The notes under the pieces were generated by a model that was not told the DNA's origin, did no database searches, and saw nothing but the letters and a program-made list of their open reading frames with translations. Shown here one piece after another: positions 12,481 to 25,129 of a DNA stretch of 64,000 nucleotides; the first letter of the stretch is position 1, and every line of letters begins with the position of its first letter. The stretch is from Eledone cirrhosa. Lineage: Eukaryota. Location: positions 266,042,001 to 266,106,000 of the forward strand of contig OZ024742.1 in NCBI GenBank assembly GCA_964016885.1, written 5' to 3'. The translations under genes were made by a program, and so were the position numbers.

Positions 12481-13104
12481 TTATTTGGGTGTCTTCGAAG
12501 GGGCCACACTGGTGTGGCGTGCCAGTCGCCGGTTTCGTAAGGTCTGAACAAGTGAGCTGACATTTACATTCTCTTCGAAATATTTCACAATGGGAGGTTC
12601 AGTCAACATGGAGGCTAAAAACTGCTCAAATGTTATCAACCAATCAGAGTCTGGTTTACTTGATGCATCACTTGTCTCCGAGATCTGTCTCGGCCTCACC
12701 GAAGAATCATCTGATTTGTCATCAACTCCACCAGTACCACTATCAACAGAAGTCGTTGTGTTGTTGCCAGGAGTAATGGTGTTGCTGTCTAACAGTTTCT
12801 CTTCTTTAGTGAGCTCAGAGTTGTTCTCAGAGGAGGTGTTTAAAACAGAGTCAACTGTCGCTGTGGACGTTGACATACTGGTGCGATTGTCATCTGCCAC
12901 ATGAGCACTGTTGTCACTCGGTGTTTCATCAGATTCAGAGGTGCAGTCTTCAGCTTCACCACCCTTAAGGTAGAACTTTTTGCCAACTTCTCCAATCTCA
13001 AGCAAAAGTGTGCCAACATTGGCAATAGAATGATACAGCTGCTGCTCTTCAGGATGGTTAGCAAACATGTCGTACAATGTTTTCCACAGCTGAATGAATT
13101 GTTC
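12481..13104 (-). CDS. TBC1D9: TBC1D9-like terminal coding exon N
   Basis: Acceptor TTTCAG|GAA; encodes EQFIQLWKTLYDMF...LLLEIGEVGK...DWLITFEQFLASMLTEPPIVKYFE...; stop TAA at 12483-12481. Confidence 0.95.
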   Translation of the reverse strand, partial: EQFIQLWKTLYDMFANHPEEQQLYHSIANVGTLLLEIGEVGKKFYLKGGEAEDCTSESDETPSDNSAHVADDNRTSMSTSTATVDSVLNTSSENNSELTKEEKLLDSNTITPGNNTTTSVDSGTGGVDDKSDDSSVRPRQISETSDASSKPDSDWLITFEQFLASMLTEPPIVKYFEENVNVSSLVQTLRNRRLARHTSVAPSKTPK

Positions 13105-13574
13105 CTGAAAGCATAAATAGGCAAATAAATATTTCTTCAAATATCTAATTTTTCAAATATCTATTAATTCATTTATTTATTGATTAATCAATCATTTAAC
13201 AGATAACATAAATATTCAAAAAACCAAACTCCTAATCTTGAGTAGCACAATATCGGTGCTACTGATCACAAATAACATCACATTAAGTGATAGCTAGTTA
13301 GATATAACAAATAGTTTTACTTTCTTTGGGCCCTGCACTCCTTTCAGAGTCATATGGATGTTATTGGAACAAATTGCAAGTCTTGGGCATTTAAACCAGA
13401 TGGAGCCTATCCTTTTCCAGGTCTGTATACAACCTATTTCCTCTTAAGAGAGAAAAAGAGAAAGGGTGTGTGTGTGAAAGAAAAATGAATCAGTTCCAGT
13501 ACTCAACTTGGACTTTATTGCTTGACCCTGAAAGGTTGAAAGGCAACATTCACATAAGCAGGATTTGAAATGAC

Positions 13575-15363
13575 ACTTGCACACTCAGCGCCACGAATGG
13601 TCAAAAGAAGGCAGTTTGGAAATCCTATTACATGAGATTGATGAATTTGGAGAATGAGAGGGAAGAAGAGAGACTATCTTCAGCAGACACAACAGAGAGA
13701 CCAGCTATCGAAATTGACAGTTATAAGGTTAAGGAAGCAATCAACGAGATGAAAAATGGTAAGGCAACCAGGTCCTCAGAAATAGTTGCTGAGATGCTGA
13801 AATCCTCTGGAGAAATAAGAGTTAAACTAGTCACCCACATAATCCATCTGGTAGTATAAGATGGAATCATACCCAATGACTAGCATAGTAGTATATTCCT
13901 CAATTGTTACAAGGGAAAATGTGATGTACTAGAAAGGAGCAATTACAGGAGCATAAAACTAATTAACCAAGTAATGGAAGTGACAGAAAGAGTCTTAGCA
14001 CAACTAATTAGAAAAGGAGTCAAATTAGATTAGATACAATTTGATTTTGTGCCAGGAAGAAGTACTACAGATGCATTCTTCATTGTGAGACTACAAGAGA
14101 AGTGCCTAGCTAAAAATAAACCATTATATTTTTAGCTTTTGTTGATCTAAAAAAGGTTTTTGACAGAGTACCTGGATCTGTCATCTGGTGAGCAATGAGG
14201 AAACTGAACATAGAAGAATGGCTAATAAGTGCAGTGCAAGCCATGTACAAATGAGCTGTAGGTAAGCAATGAATTTAATGAGGAATTCGAAGTGCAAGTA
14301 GGTGTTAACCAGAGCATTGTTCTTAACCCACTCTTGTTTATCATAGTTCTCCAGGCCATAACAGGGGAATTTAAAACAGGTTGCCCATGGGAACACCTGT
14401 ATACCAACAACTTGGTTCTAATAGGCAAATCTGGGAAGAACTAGAGAAGAAATTCAGACTTTGGAAACAGAACTTAGAATCAAAAGGGCTTAGTGTAAAC
14501 TTGGGAAAAACTAGAAGTCTGGTAAGCAGGAAAGAAGACAAGACATTGATCCCATCAAGAAAGTGGCTCTGCTCAATATGTGGAAGAGGAGTAGATAACA
14601 ACTGTATATGATATACTCAATGTAAACCTTTAGTACACAAGTTGTCGTGGCAGAGTAGGAAGACTAACAGAAAAAGTAAAATTTGTATGTGACAGGTACA
14701 CAGGGATAGTTAGTAGTAAGAGCACAAGTAACATAAATATTTTCCAATCCAGAAAGGCTCCATATAAGTAGGTGATAAAATTAGTGTGTGGGGGGTGCTG
14801 CACAAAAAGCATAATAGCTTAAGTAAGAACAGGATGGAAAAAGTTCAAAGAGCTCCTATTTCTGTTGTCAGCAAAAGAAAGGGCGGCTGTATGATGCATG
14901 TGTTCTAAGTGTGATGATGTATGGTAATGAGTCATGGGCAGTGAAAGCAGAAGATATGTAAAAGCTCGAGAAAAATGAAGCAAGCATGCTTCGATGGATG
15001 TGCATTGTTAATAAACATGAATGGCAAAGCATAGATGAGCTGAGAGAGAGGCTGGATATAATAAGAATTAGATGAAGTGTGCAGGGAAGAAGACTGCACT
15101 GGTATGGCCATTTTATGCATATGGATGATAAGCACTGGGTAAAGAAGTGCCAAGAAATCCCAGTAGAAGGGAGCTGTGGCAGGAGATCAAGGAAAATCTG
15201 TGTAGAGGTTATCAGAGCTGATCTCAAATCACTAAATCTCACAGAGGGGATGATGAAGGACTGAGATGATTGGAGATATGCTGTGCTTGAAAGAATTCGT
15301 CCAGCCCATGAAAAACATGGAAAAGTGGATGTAAAACAGTGATGATGATGATGATGATGATAA
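13575..15363 (+). mobile_element. RTE-clade LINE, 5'-truncated, with stops and frameshifts
   Basis: MKNGKA, NYRSIKLI, QFDFVPGRSTTDAF, AFVDLKKVFD, GLSVNLGKT, LHWYGH; 3' tail ...gtggatgtaaaacagt(gat)n. Confidence 0.92.
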
Positions 15364-15879
15364 TGAACACAGAGCATAAAGATCCAAAAGAAATACTGTT
15401 CAATGTTCCTTACTTAACTAGGAGAAAGGGCAATGTTTGATATTGGAGTGGGTAAGAGAATGGTGGAAGAAACCACAATTTATAGGTTGCAGTAATATAA
15501 AAACAGCACATCAACATATTGAGTTATCTCCCTTCAAACAAGAGACCTTGCTGGAAAGCTTGATGTACCATAGTTGACTTAGCTAAAAAAGATTCCAAGG
15601 AAGGACAACAAGGTGTAAAAGTTGTTACTTCAACAATTTGCGCTGTATCCATTGCTGATTAATTGAGTTTCCCTTCTTTACAAGAATAAACATGCTTATA
15701 TTTAAAGTTTCATTGGATCAATCAATTTGTTTTCATTGAAACTGCTAGCAAGGTGATCACATTTGGGAAGTTTCTTAATAGACATGATGTTAAAATGCTG
15801 AAAATCTGACTAACATTTAAATGTGGTACACTTATATTTTCCAAATTGTTTCACTTCATCATCAAAATCCCATATAACA

Positions 15880-16545
15880 CAACAAATACACACAACAAAA
15901 ACCAATATATATACATCAAATACCAATACACAGACATCAAATGTCAATATACATACATCAATGACTAATATATATATATATATATATATATAAACACAAC
16001 AAAGAACAATATACACACATCAAAGACTAATATATACACATAAAAGACTAATAGACACACATAAAAGACCAATATAAATGCATCAAATACTAATATATAC
16101 ACATCAAAGACCAATATATACATATCAAATACTAATACACACACATCAAAGACCAGCATACATACACACATCAAAGACCAATATACACACACATCCAAGG
16201 CCAATATACACACATATCCAAGACCAATACACACACATCCAAGGCCAATATACACACACATCAAAGGCCAATATACACACACATCAAAGGCCAATATACA
16301 CACACATCAAAGGCCAATATACACACATCAAAGACCAATATACACACACATCAAAGACCAATATAGACACATCCAAGACCAATATACACACATCCAAGAC
16401 CAATATACACACACATCCAAGGCCATTATACACACACATCACACACATCAAAGACCAATATACACCTACATCAAAGACCAATATATACACACATCCAAGG
16501 CCAATATACACACACACATCAAAGACCAATATACACATATTAAAG
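15880..16545. repeat. Minisatellite, unit about 21-25 bp, (ac)n-atcaaagaccaatat
   Basis: Directly visible tandem units varying in AC number; ends about 30 nt from the exon M donor. Confidence 0.92.
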
Positions 16546-16575
16546 ATGAGTATATACATAAAAAACAATTCATAC

Positions 16576-16673
16576 CTGATTCAAGCGTGGTACATTACGG
16601 AACTCAGCTTTGCTATCCTGCTGGATGATGTTTAATACAGAACGTTTCCGTAGTCCGCTGAATGTGACACTAT
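16576..16673 (-). CDS. TBC1D9: TBC1D9-like exon M
   Basis: Junctions TTTAG|AT and CAG|GTATG; encodes DSVTFSGLRKRSVLNIIQQDSKAEFRNVPRLNQ (vertebrate ...KDLPKLNQ). Confidence 0.85.
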
Positions 16674-18539
16674 CTAAATATGTGACAAGAAATATATTAG
16701 AAAAACACAACAGAATATATATGAGGAGGAGTGTTGCTGGTTCTGGTGACAGTATAGCCACAACTATGAAGCAGTAGTGACAATATAACTATGTGCATAG
16801 TTGTATAGTAAAGGACACAAAATATATATGTTCCCCTTAGCACCATACTATAAATATCACAAATAATTATCATAGTTCTAAGATTTGCAAGACAGTACGT
16901 GAGCAGAACATTCTATCTCAAACAATAAGTTGTACAGACACGTGTACAGATGTAGCTGTAAGACTTACCAAAAAAGACAGACACATCTGACCAAGGATGA
17001 CTAGATGCCCTTCCTGATACCAACCCATTCTATGAAGGTACTATCTCTACATGTCAAACTACTTAACCACAAGACAAACAAATGTCACCATCCAAGCTAT
17101 GTGCACATTGGCTTTCATACAGTTCCTTCTACCTATGAAATTTACTTATAAGGCATTAGGCAGTCTGAGGTTACAGTAGAAGGCCCTTTCCCAATGTGAC
17201 ATGCAGCAGGATATAGAACCCCAAAGCATGTGGTTGCAAATCAAACTTCTTAATTACATACCCATGCCTTATGTACACATTATTGTGAAATTGTATGAAA
17301 GCTGCACCTTTTACCATTATGAGGCAGGTAACAGCAACAGCAATTCACCAAGAAGAGAAAAATTAATCTGAAACACAGTTGATCATACCCCCACATCTAG
17401 AAATAAAGTCAGTCTATTCTCTAATGTGGGAGACAGTATGACCTTTTCTAAAATTGTTTACAGTAATATACTGAAAATTCTCTGTTTAAATCAATCTTCT
17501 AATTTTGCCTTTAGCAACATTCACTTGCAAGCACTGAATCTAGATCTGTTATGAGGCTAGGGCAACTGCTAACCTTCAGCACCCTGTTCTTTGAAGGGTT
17601 GACAAGTACCAATAAGGAAATCCCGCCTGCTGTAATATTGTGGATTGTCACACTATATTTTATACAGAATTCAAATTGTGAAATTAGCATCTATTTTTTT
17701 TATCTATATATAATTATACTAAACTGCTTTGTTAATATTGTTTTGTGAGAAGACAAGATATGACAAAACGCTGCCACAGGTAACAACCATTTAAACATGT
17801 AATACTACAATCAGTTTTCTTCATTAAAAATAAACACTTCAAACTGAAATTGCTATCATGTACAATCCAAACTTTCTATTTTGACACATTTTCAGCTGGC
17901 TCACTTCATGCTATTGGAATATTTTTTCCATATTGTTAAACTTCTACTTTTCTCTACATAACATTCCAAATGGTTTAATCCATTCTAATATCCAATGTTT
18001 AATCAGAGAGGGATAGTCAGTGTTCATGACCATTTTGAGGGCCGCTGAGATTGGTGGGAGGGTGGAAGGTGTACTCAAACTGGAGGCCTGGTCCAAATGC
18101 TTGCAATAGTGTGAACTCCTGAAAGGGCACGCAAGGGAGAGGTAAATGGACTAAGTCAAGCACCTACTGAGAACATAAAAAGCCGGGACAAATACTGCAG
18201 AGCATCTCATCTGAGGCTCTGACAATTACGCCAATCCACCATCCTAGGCAGGTAATATATTTTATCAACCCTGAAAGGATGAAAATTGACTGCAGAGGAA
18301 TTTGAATCAATTAATAAACCTATATTTTACACATGATTCCTATTAAGCCACACGTTCAAAGTTCAATTCATATCGATTAATGAATAAAATGAATGTTTCT
18401 GAGCTCAATATCAGTCGGAGCACATGAAGATAAGACATGGAAAATATGGCATTTGAAAATAAAAATGGATCAAACTGATATTTGTTTACAGATTAACCAT
18501 CTTCAATGATATTTATGATGGATGAATACCAACTAGCAT

Positions 18540-19510
18540 GGTCTTGGTATTTTTGACACTAATGTGGAGGCTGCAGATGACCCTATCTCATCAATAAATG
18601 TTGGCCATGGCTGCAATATTGTTTGCACAATCAAGGTCTGAGAGTTTCTGTTCCTCTGGCAAATCAATCCCCTTATCTTCTGTTGCCCATTTGAGAATCC
18701 AGTCAATGGTCAAAGAGAATTGGAGCATCCTTGGTGGACTCATCTGATGACCTCAAACCACTCACTATAGCCATCCTCAGTTCTTATGCAGCACTTTCAA
18801 ACAGTAGATAAATCCTTGATGGCTAAGACAATCTTTGATGGTATACTATAAGCTCACATGATCTTCCATAAGGATGGTCTGTGTAGGTTATCAAATGCTT
18901 AAGTAAAGTCAATGAATGTGATGGCATGTGATACTTGGAATTCATTATATTTTTTGATGATGCATCATAGAGTAAATATTTGATCAGGAGAGGAGCATTT
19001 GGGTTGGAATCCAGCTTGTTCATGCCAGACATGATTGACTTCAACTTTCATTTGATTCAGGATAACTTGGCAGTACACCTTTCCTGGTATGCAAGATTAC
19101 GCTTTTGGGGGATGTAGGCAACTGCTCTGTTCTTCCAGATTTCCAGTACATAAGCTGTATTACAGATCTGGTTGCATAACTGTCACATCTATGTGGTGAT
19201 GCATTCCTCCCCCACCTTTGAGCATCTATGCAGTGATACCATCTATACATGACAATACTATTTTTTAGGGTTTTGATGATCATCTATATTTTTTCCCCTG
19301 AGAAGTCACCAGTGTTAATTGGGAGACAAGTGGGTTCTTCGGTTATTGTCAAAGAGTTGGGCTCAGGTCAGTTTAGTACTCCCTTGAAGTGCTTGACCCA
19401 TCTAGCAAGTTTATCTTCACCTTTAGACAGCAGGATTCCATCCTTTGATTTGATTGGACCCGACCTGCTTTTTGAGGTACCAGTGATCTTCTTGGCAATC
19501 TGATATACAG
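18540..19510 (-). mobile_element. RTE-clade LINE RT fragment (second family)
   Basis: KKITGTSK...PIKSKDGILLS...LARWVKHF, EWFEVIR.VHQGC, LSDLDCANNI (decayed LDYADDI). Confidence 0.75.
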
Positions 19511-19689
19511 CATGCATGTCATTTCATTTCATTTCATTTAGCACTGTTCTCTGCTTCCTCAGCTTAGTGATATACTATCATCATCGTTTAAAGTTCATGA
19601 GTAGGACTATAATACTATAAAATGGAAAAAAAGATGAATTCAACAATATATGTGTTTTAAATGGCTATCATATCTCTTAGTCTTAGTTC

Positions 19690-20020
19690 CTCCAGTCCCT
19701 TGTGGAACATTAAGCGACGAACTTCCTCCACTTGATCCTGTCACTGGCAGCCCTTCTAGCACCGCTCCAGGTAATTCCCATCTCCTGCAGGTCCTCCCTG
19801 AATGTGCTCCGCCATGTTTTTCGTGGTCTTCCCCGTTCTCTCCTGCCACCTTCTGGTACCCAATCCATGGCAATATGAGCAGGTCGATCTGCCGGCAAAC
19901 GAAGGATGTGGCCCGCGAACCACCGTCTCCTTTTCATATCTCTACCGTGATGTAATTGTTTCAGTTTCAACACACAATCCCAGATACTGCCATGTGTTAG
20001 GGACATATACAACTCTGTAA
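19690..20020 (-). mobile_element. RTE-clade LINE 3' fragment
   Basis: RRRWFAGHILRLPADRPAHIAMDWVPEGGRRERGRPRKTWRSTF...DRIKWRKFVA. Confidence 0.85.
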
Positions 20021-20675
20021 TACTGAGTTTGTAATCCCAATATTAAGATAATGTTATATTTTTATACAGAATTTAACTAATTTAATAGTGTGTTGTCATT
20101 TAGATAGAAATTTATGTTAAACAGTCTGAAGGATTATTTAATTTACCTAGTCACTGATAATAAATGGAACACTGTCAGCTTCATCATTGAATGTTCCAGT
20201 TATTCGATCAACGGATCAGGCTACCCTCTAAATTAACTTGTAAATAGCTGAATATTCCATAGACACATTAACATTTAAAATAATTCTCAGGGAGATTCAA
20301 CATAACACAGTATCTGAAAATGCTGGGCTTTGATTTACATGTACAGTCCATGACAAGGTTCCAAACAGCTTACGCCAACCAACTTTCACTCACAAGATGT
20401 GGGTTAGCCGAATGGCGTAGTAAAATAGCCTTGCCCAAAACATTAGCCCATGAGAATGAAATCTGAACCTCATGATTGTGGTTCAGGTACACCTTTTCAA
20501 TACATAACTAAATATAACATCTGCCTGACTATTGATACATGTTAAGAATATAACTATATGCAGCTACACTAATGAGTAATTGTAATTAGACAATCAACAT
20601 AAAGGTTGGAACTGCAGCAAAAAAAATACATAGAACAGTCAAAACAACTGAAATGAAAGCAAAGGAGGGTTGCAC

Positions 20676-20936
20676 CTTTCGATGTGCTGGTTGTGGTGCT
20701 GGCAGCAGCCTCTGAAGCACTGCCTTCATCATCATCTAACTGATCAACAGTCGACAAAGTGTTAGTGTCACTGTCGGCAGAGTACATGGATGAATCCTGT
20801 CGCAAACGTTCACACAGATCCTTTTCAATGTCAAGGTTATCATGGGAAGTTAAAGTTTTAAGAGGTGAGCCATCTTGAGTAGAGATGTCCTCGTTAGAGG
20901 AAAGGTCATCAGGAAAAGCTGAAGGTAATTCAAGAT
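20676..20936 (-). CDS. TBC1D9: TBC1D9-like exon L (Ser/Thr/Asp-rich, poorly conserved)
   Basis: Polypyrimidine tract then CTAG|AT; 87 open codons DLELPSAFPDDLSSNED...TTSTSK; weak donor AAAG|GTGCAA; phase 1-1 fits the flanking exons. No vertebrate counterpart recognised. Confidence 0.7.
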
Positions 20937-21066
20937 CTAGGTAAAAGAGAAGGAAGCAAAGTTATAGTGAAGAAAGGAAGAGAGAAAGTGAGTGAGAAAG
21001 GGAGGAAAGGCATTATTTTGAATGTAGTGAAGAAAAAGAGGAAAATATTTAAACATATACATTTAG

Positions 21067-21106
<40 letters not shown>

Positions 21107-21529
21107 CTAAGAAGAATAGGGATGTCATGTCTGAAAAAATTTCAGATAAGTGCCATATCACCTGTAAGGAAAGCTCTAAGAAGGATTCTAAGAAGGATTC
21201 TAAGAAATAAATCCAAGCATTTATTATAAAATTAAAAAACGATTGATATATACATAAATATATCAAACATTAACAGGAGATAATTTGTAATGGATGTAAG
21301 AACATATAATTACAAAAGGCGGCATATTTGAATTGTAAATACCTGACATTCTGTAATTATACATATCCTTGCATACATATTCTATAATTGCTTAAGAATA
21401 TGTTTCACCAATTAAATGTTGGAGTTCAATAGCCAAATAAATGGATCATCTGTGAGAGGTCAATATAACTATGAACTCACACCTCTAATACAAACCGAGT
21501 ACTGAAGAAAAATGTATATGGTTTTAAAC

Positions 21530-22407
21530 CACTATGTCTAATCATTGACATCTGCAGTGACTTCTTTTCCCCAATTTATTCATGGGATTAGTTCCCCTCT
21601 CAGTCTGCTAATTATACCTTGACCTACTACTACATCTCATTCATGAAAATGCTGAACTTTGATCTGTCTCTGTCCAAATTTACTATTTCCAATGTAGAAT
21701 GCTAATTCTTGTTTAACAGTTTACTGTTGAATCAGAAGTGATATTCTATCCTGTGCTGCAGTTAACACAAGTTTGTAATAAATCTGAGCTATCAAGCAAC
21801 TTGAACAATTATGCCACATCTGGTAACACCATTTCATATTTCTTACTTGTCCATAATAAACTCAGCCATTGTCATTTCCTCTGTTTTGAAAAATGTGTCA
21901 AACTCATGGAAAGCTGAATATCACAAATTAACCTTATCTCTCAAGTACAGTTTATCCCTAGCTTTAATCAAAATTGTTAGCCCACCTTTCTGAGTTAATC
22001 ATTCAACGGGAATCTCAAGTGCTTTAGCTTTAGCTTGTCCTGATAATGAACTCAAAGTTACGGCAATGCCTGTTTCTTGTCTATAACGTCTGCCATATAT
22101 CGTCATATCTCCAATTCATTTTTCCAGCCTTCTTATATGCTTTCACTTGTAAAAACTAGAGGGGTTTTGTTCCCGTGTACCATATTTCTTTTTTTAACAA
22201 CTATGTTCTGCTACCATGAACAGATTACTACACAATACTTACTCTCTATATAATCCAACTCCTCTTTTAAATCACTAATAGTCAAAACATCTGGTAACCC
22301 ACTTCCTCTATAAACTGCACATGTGCAGCTACAATAATGTCCAGTTATCACTTCCTTTAAAACATTATAATATACAAGTCCAACTGACATGTTATACAAT
22401 GTTAACA
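21530..22407 (-). mobile_element. Copia-type (GalEa-like) LTR retrotransposon remnant: 5' LTR, tRNA-Met PBS, decayed gag
   Basis: ...TTCA|TGGTAGCAGAACATAGTT at 22218-22199 resembles the complement of the initiator tRNA-Met 3' end; gag from ATG at 22183: WKNELEI...DKKQ..AVTLS.LSGQAKAKALEIP...; LTR start uncertain. Confidence 0.7.
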
Positions 22408-22420
22408 GACTATTATTTGA

Positions 22421-22480
<60 letters not shown>

Positions 22481-22584
22481 CCTCCTAACTCGAACCTGGA
22501 TATCTACCTGGCACTTTGGGACTCTATCATCTATCACATTTGGATTGCCCATGGACTTCAAATCACTGGATTTTGTTTAATAGC

Positions 22585-22644
<60 letters not shown>

Positions 22645-23499
22645 GAGAGAGATGGGGGGATGGGGGGGGAGATTGGGGAGAGATAGAAAGAGAGAGTGGG
22701 TAAGAATAAGAGATGAAAATGCAGAAAAAAAGGGTCCTACAAAAATATGCTGTAAACATTCAACAATCCCTGAAAATCTTTAAAATGTAAAAAACAAATA
22801 AAGAAAAATGATCATCATTACTCTTATGAACCACCATAAATATTGTTATAATGAATTATTTTCATATGTCACTGTAGAGTCCCTTCATCTACTTGTGGCA
22901 AATACTGGAACAATTATATACAGCCATAAATATTATTATTGTTATATTGATCAAGGTTGGTGTGGGTAATATTAATGTCTTTAGACCTTGCTGGAACAAC
23001 AAATAGACATAATTAGTGAAGTATACTATGGTTGATATATAGTGTCTATAGACAGACCAGGCTGGAGCATTAGAGATACTTATTTAAGGGTAGTATGGTT
23101 AATACCTAGTGATTTGTTAGAAATGGTATGTTTAAGCATTAGTGTACATGTATGGCTATTAGAATGGGATGCAGATGTGCAAGTCAGTGCATATATGTAT
23201 AAAGGAGGAGTGTGTATGTTTGTGTGTTTGAGAGTGTATTATTGGTACATATTTACACCTGTTGATTGATAGAAGGTGCTAAAGTGTGCCAGATTTCTCC
23301 AAAAGACAAACACTGGATGACTACATAGAAACATTAACAAGATGAGTTGAAAGAACTCTCAGAACAGGGATGTGTATATGAGATGGAATAAGTGGAGTAT
23401 GTGAGTGAGTGGAAGTGAAATGAGTATGAGGTGGATTGAATGAAGTGTGTTAGTGAGGTGGGTTAGGTGGATTGACAATGTTTTTTGTGCTAATTAGGT

Positions 23500-23640
23500 T
23501 ACATACAAAAACACTTGTAATGTTTTATATACTAATTTACACTGGGTCACATACATATTTGCAATGTTTTATATACTATTAAGTTACACTGGGTCACATA
23601 CATATTTGCAATGTTTTATATACTAATTAGGTTACATACA
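23500..23640. repeat. Short tandem repeat, unit about 50 bp
   Basis: ttacactgggtcacatacatatttgcaatgttttatatacta repeated. Confidence 0.8.
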
Positions 23641-24248
23641 CAATATCTTTGTACTAAGAGCATCACACTGGATCACATAGCAAAAATAACTGCAAACTAA
23701 TAAAGAAGCTTCTACTAATACATTCAGGCTCATAGAAATAGCAATTAAATCTCCCTCAAATCCCACACTACCAACTGAACGATGTTGTCCAAGATATAGT
23801 ATATCTGAATAACTGACAGGGGATAGTCATAAGTCTGCTTGGTCAGAGCTGACCTGGGGCTAATTGACAAAATCCTAAATGCTTACAGTTATTTTTTCTG
23901 CTTCATAACACAGTAAACATTCAACTGAAAACATTTCATTTTTAATGACAAAATCAGAAAATGAAGAGCAGATTTCTGGGCCCTGTAACTGGTGCAAAGA
24001 AAAGGAAAGGAAGTTATCCTCAAACTAGAGACTTGGTACAAATGCTTCCGACAGACTAAACACTGCAAAAGGCACAAACATGCTAGTATTTAACCAAGTT
24101 ACAAATTATACTTATCACTAGACAAGAACAGTCTCTCTTATTGGCTTCCACACTGTTTTTGCCAATCAAATTTCTATTGCAAGGCCTTTTTAACAGATCC
24201 TATGTTAAAAGACAATAGATCAAGTGTTGGATAGTGAGGTCTAAATAC

Positions 24249-24440
24249 TTGTTTCTACTTTTGGCACAAGGCCAGTAATTATCCCAGTGCATTACTGGTA
24301 CTTTATTTTATCGACCCCGTAAGGATGACAGGCAAAGTTAACCTCGGCGGGATTTGAACTCAGATCATAAAGGGGCGTAACTCTATACGTGAAAGCATGG
24401 CGTCCAACCCTCTACCGATACTGCCAATCGACACTGCCCT
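24249..24440 (-). mobile_element. tRNA-derived SINE, family 1
   Basis: Reverse complement of the copy at 29158 (A box, B box, gcctttcatccttacggggtcgataaaat core). Confidence 0.88.
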
Positions 24441-25129
24441 TGAATGTCCAATCAAGCTTTGATCTATGGTTCTTACCATTTTAATTATAAGCTATCAGAT
24501 TTTGGGAAAGAAGATATAGTTGATGAAACCAACCCTAATACATTGCTGGTACTTATTTTATTGTTCATGAAAGGAAGAAAATTCGCAACTTCAGTGGGAT
24601 ACATAGATAGAGGTAAGTAAATAACAAAAGATATTTTGACCATCCTTTAACTGATTCAACCTTCCTCCACCTTTTTAATAATAATGATTTCTAACAGAGT
24701 GGAAGGTGGGTAAGAAAATATAAGAAAAATAACCATGTTTTACATAACATTAAACTATAATAATAATGATGATGGTGATAATGAAAAAAATTAAAATGAG
24801 TTTGTTATGATAAAAAAGCAAAATGAAGCTGCCAAGGTAAGCTCAAAAGCAATAAGTATGAGTTTGATCACTAATGTCAGTTATAAAACCATATGTATGA
24901 GGTTGGGATATCAAGAGGAACATTCTGATAAGGTTGAGAAAGCAAGAAATACACCTGTGAGTGTATGTGAGAGAGAGAGAAAGATGGAGAAGGATATACC
25001 AAGGAAAACAAGACTTTTTGTAAATAAACTTAGCAGGGGTGGAGCCTCTTCCTCACTCCCCAACTCATTTCTTTAATGACCCACCTTACAGGGTTGTGCA
25101 GTTCCTCGTTCTCAGTCCCTTATGTCATA

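Noticed and set aside
12590-13116. Plus-strand ORFs of 104 and 71 aa
   Set aside because: Antisense shadows of the TBC1D9 terminal exon.
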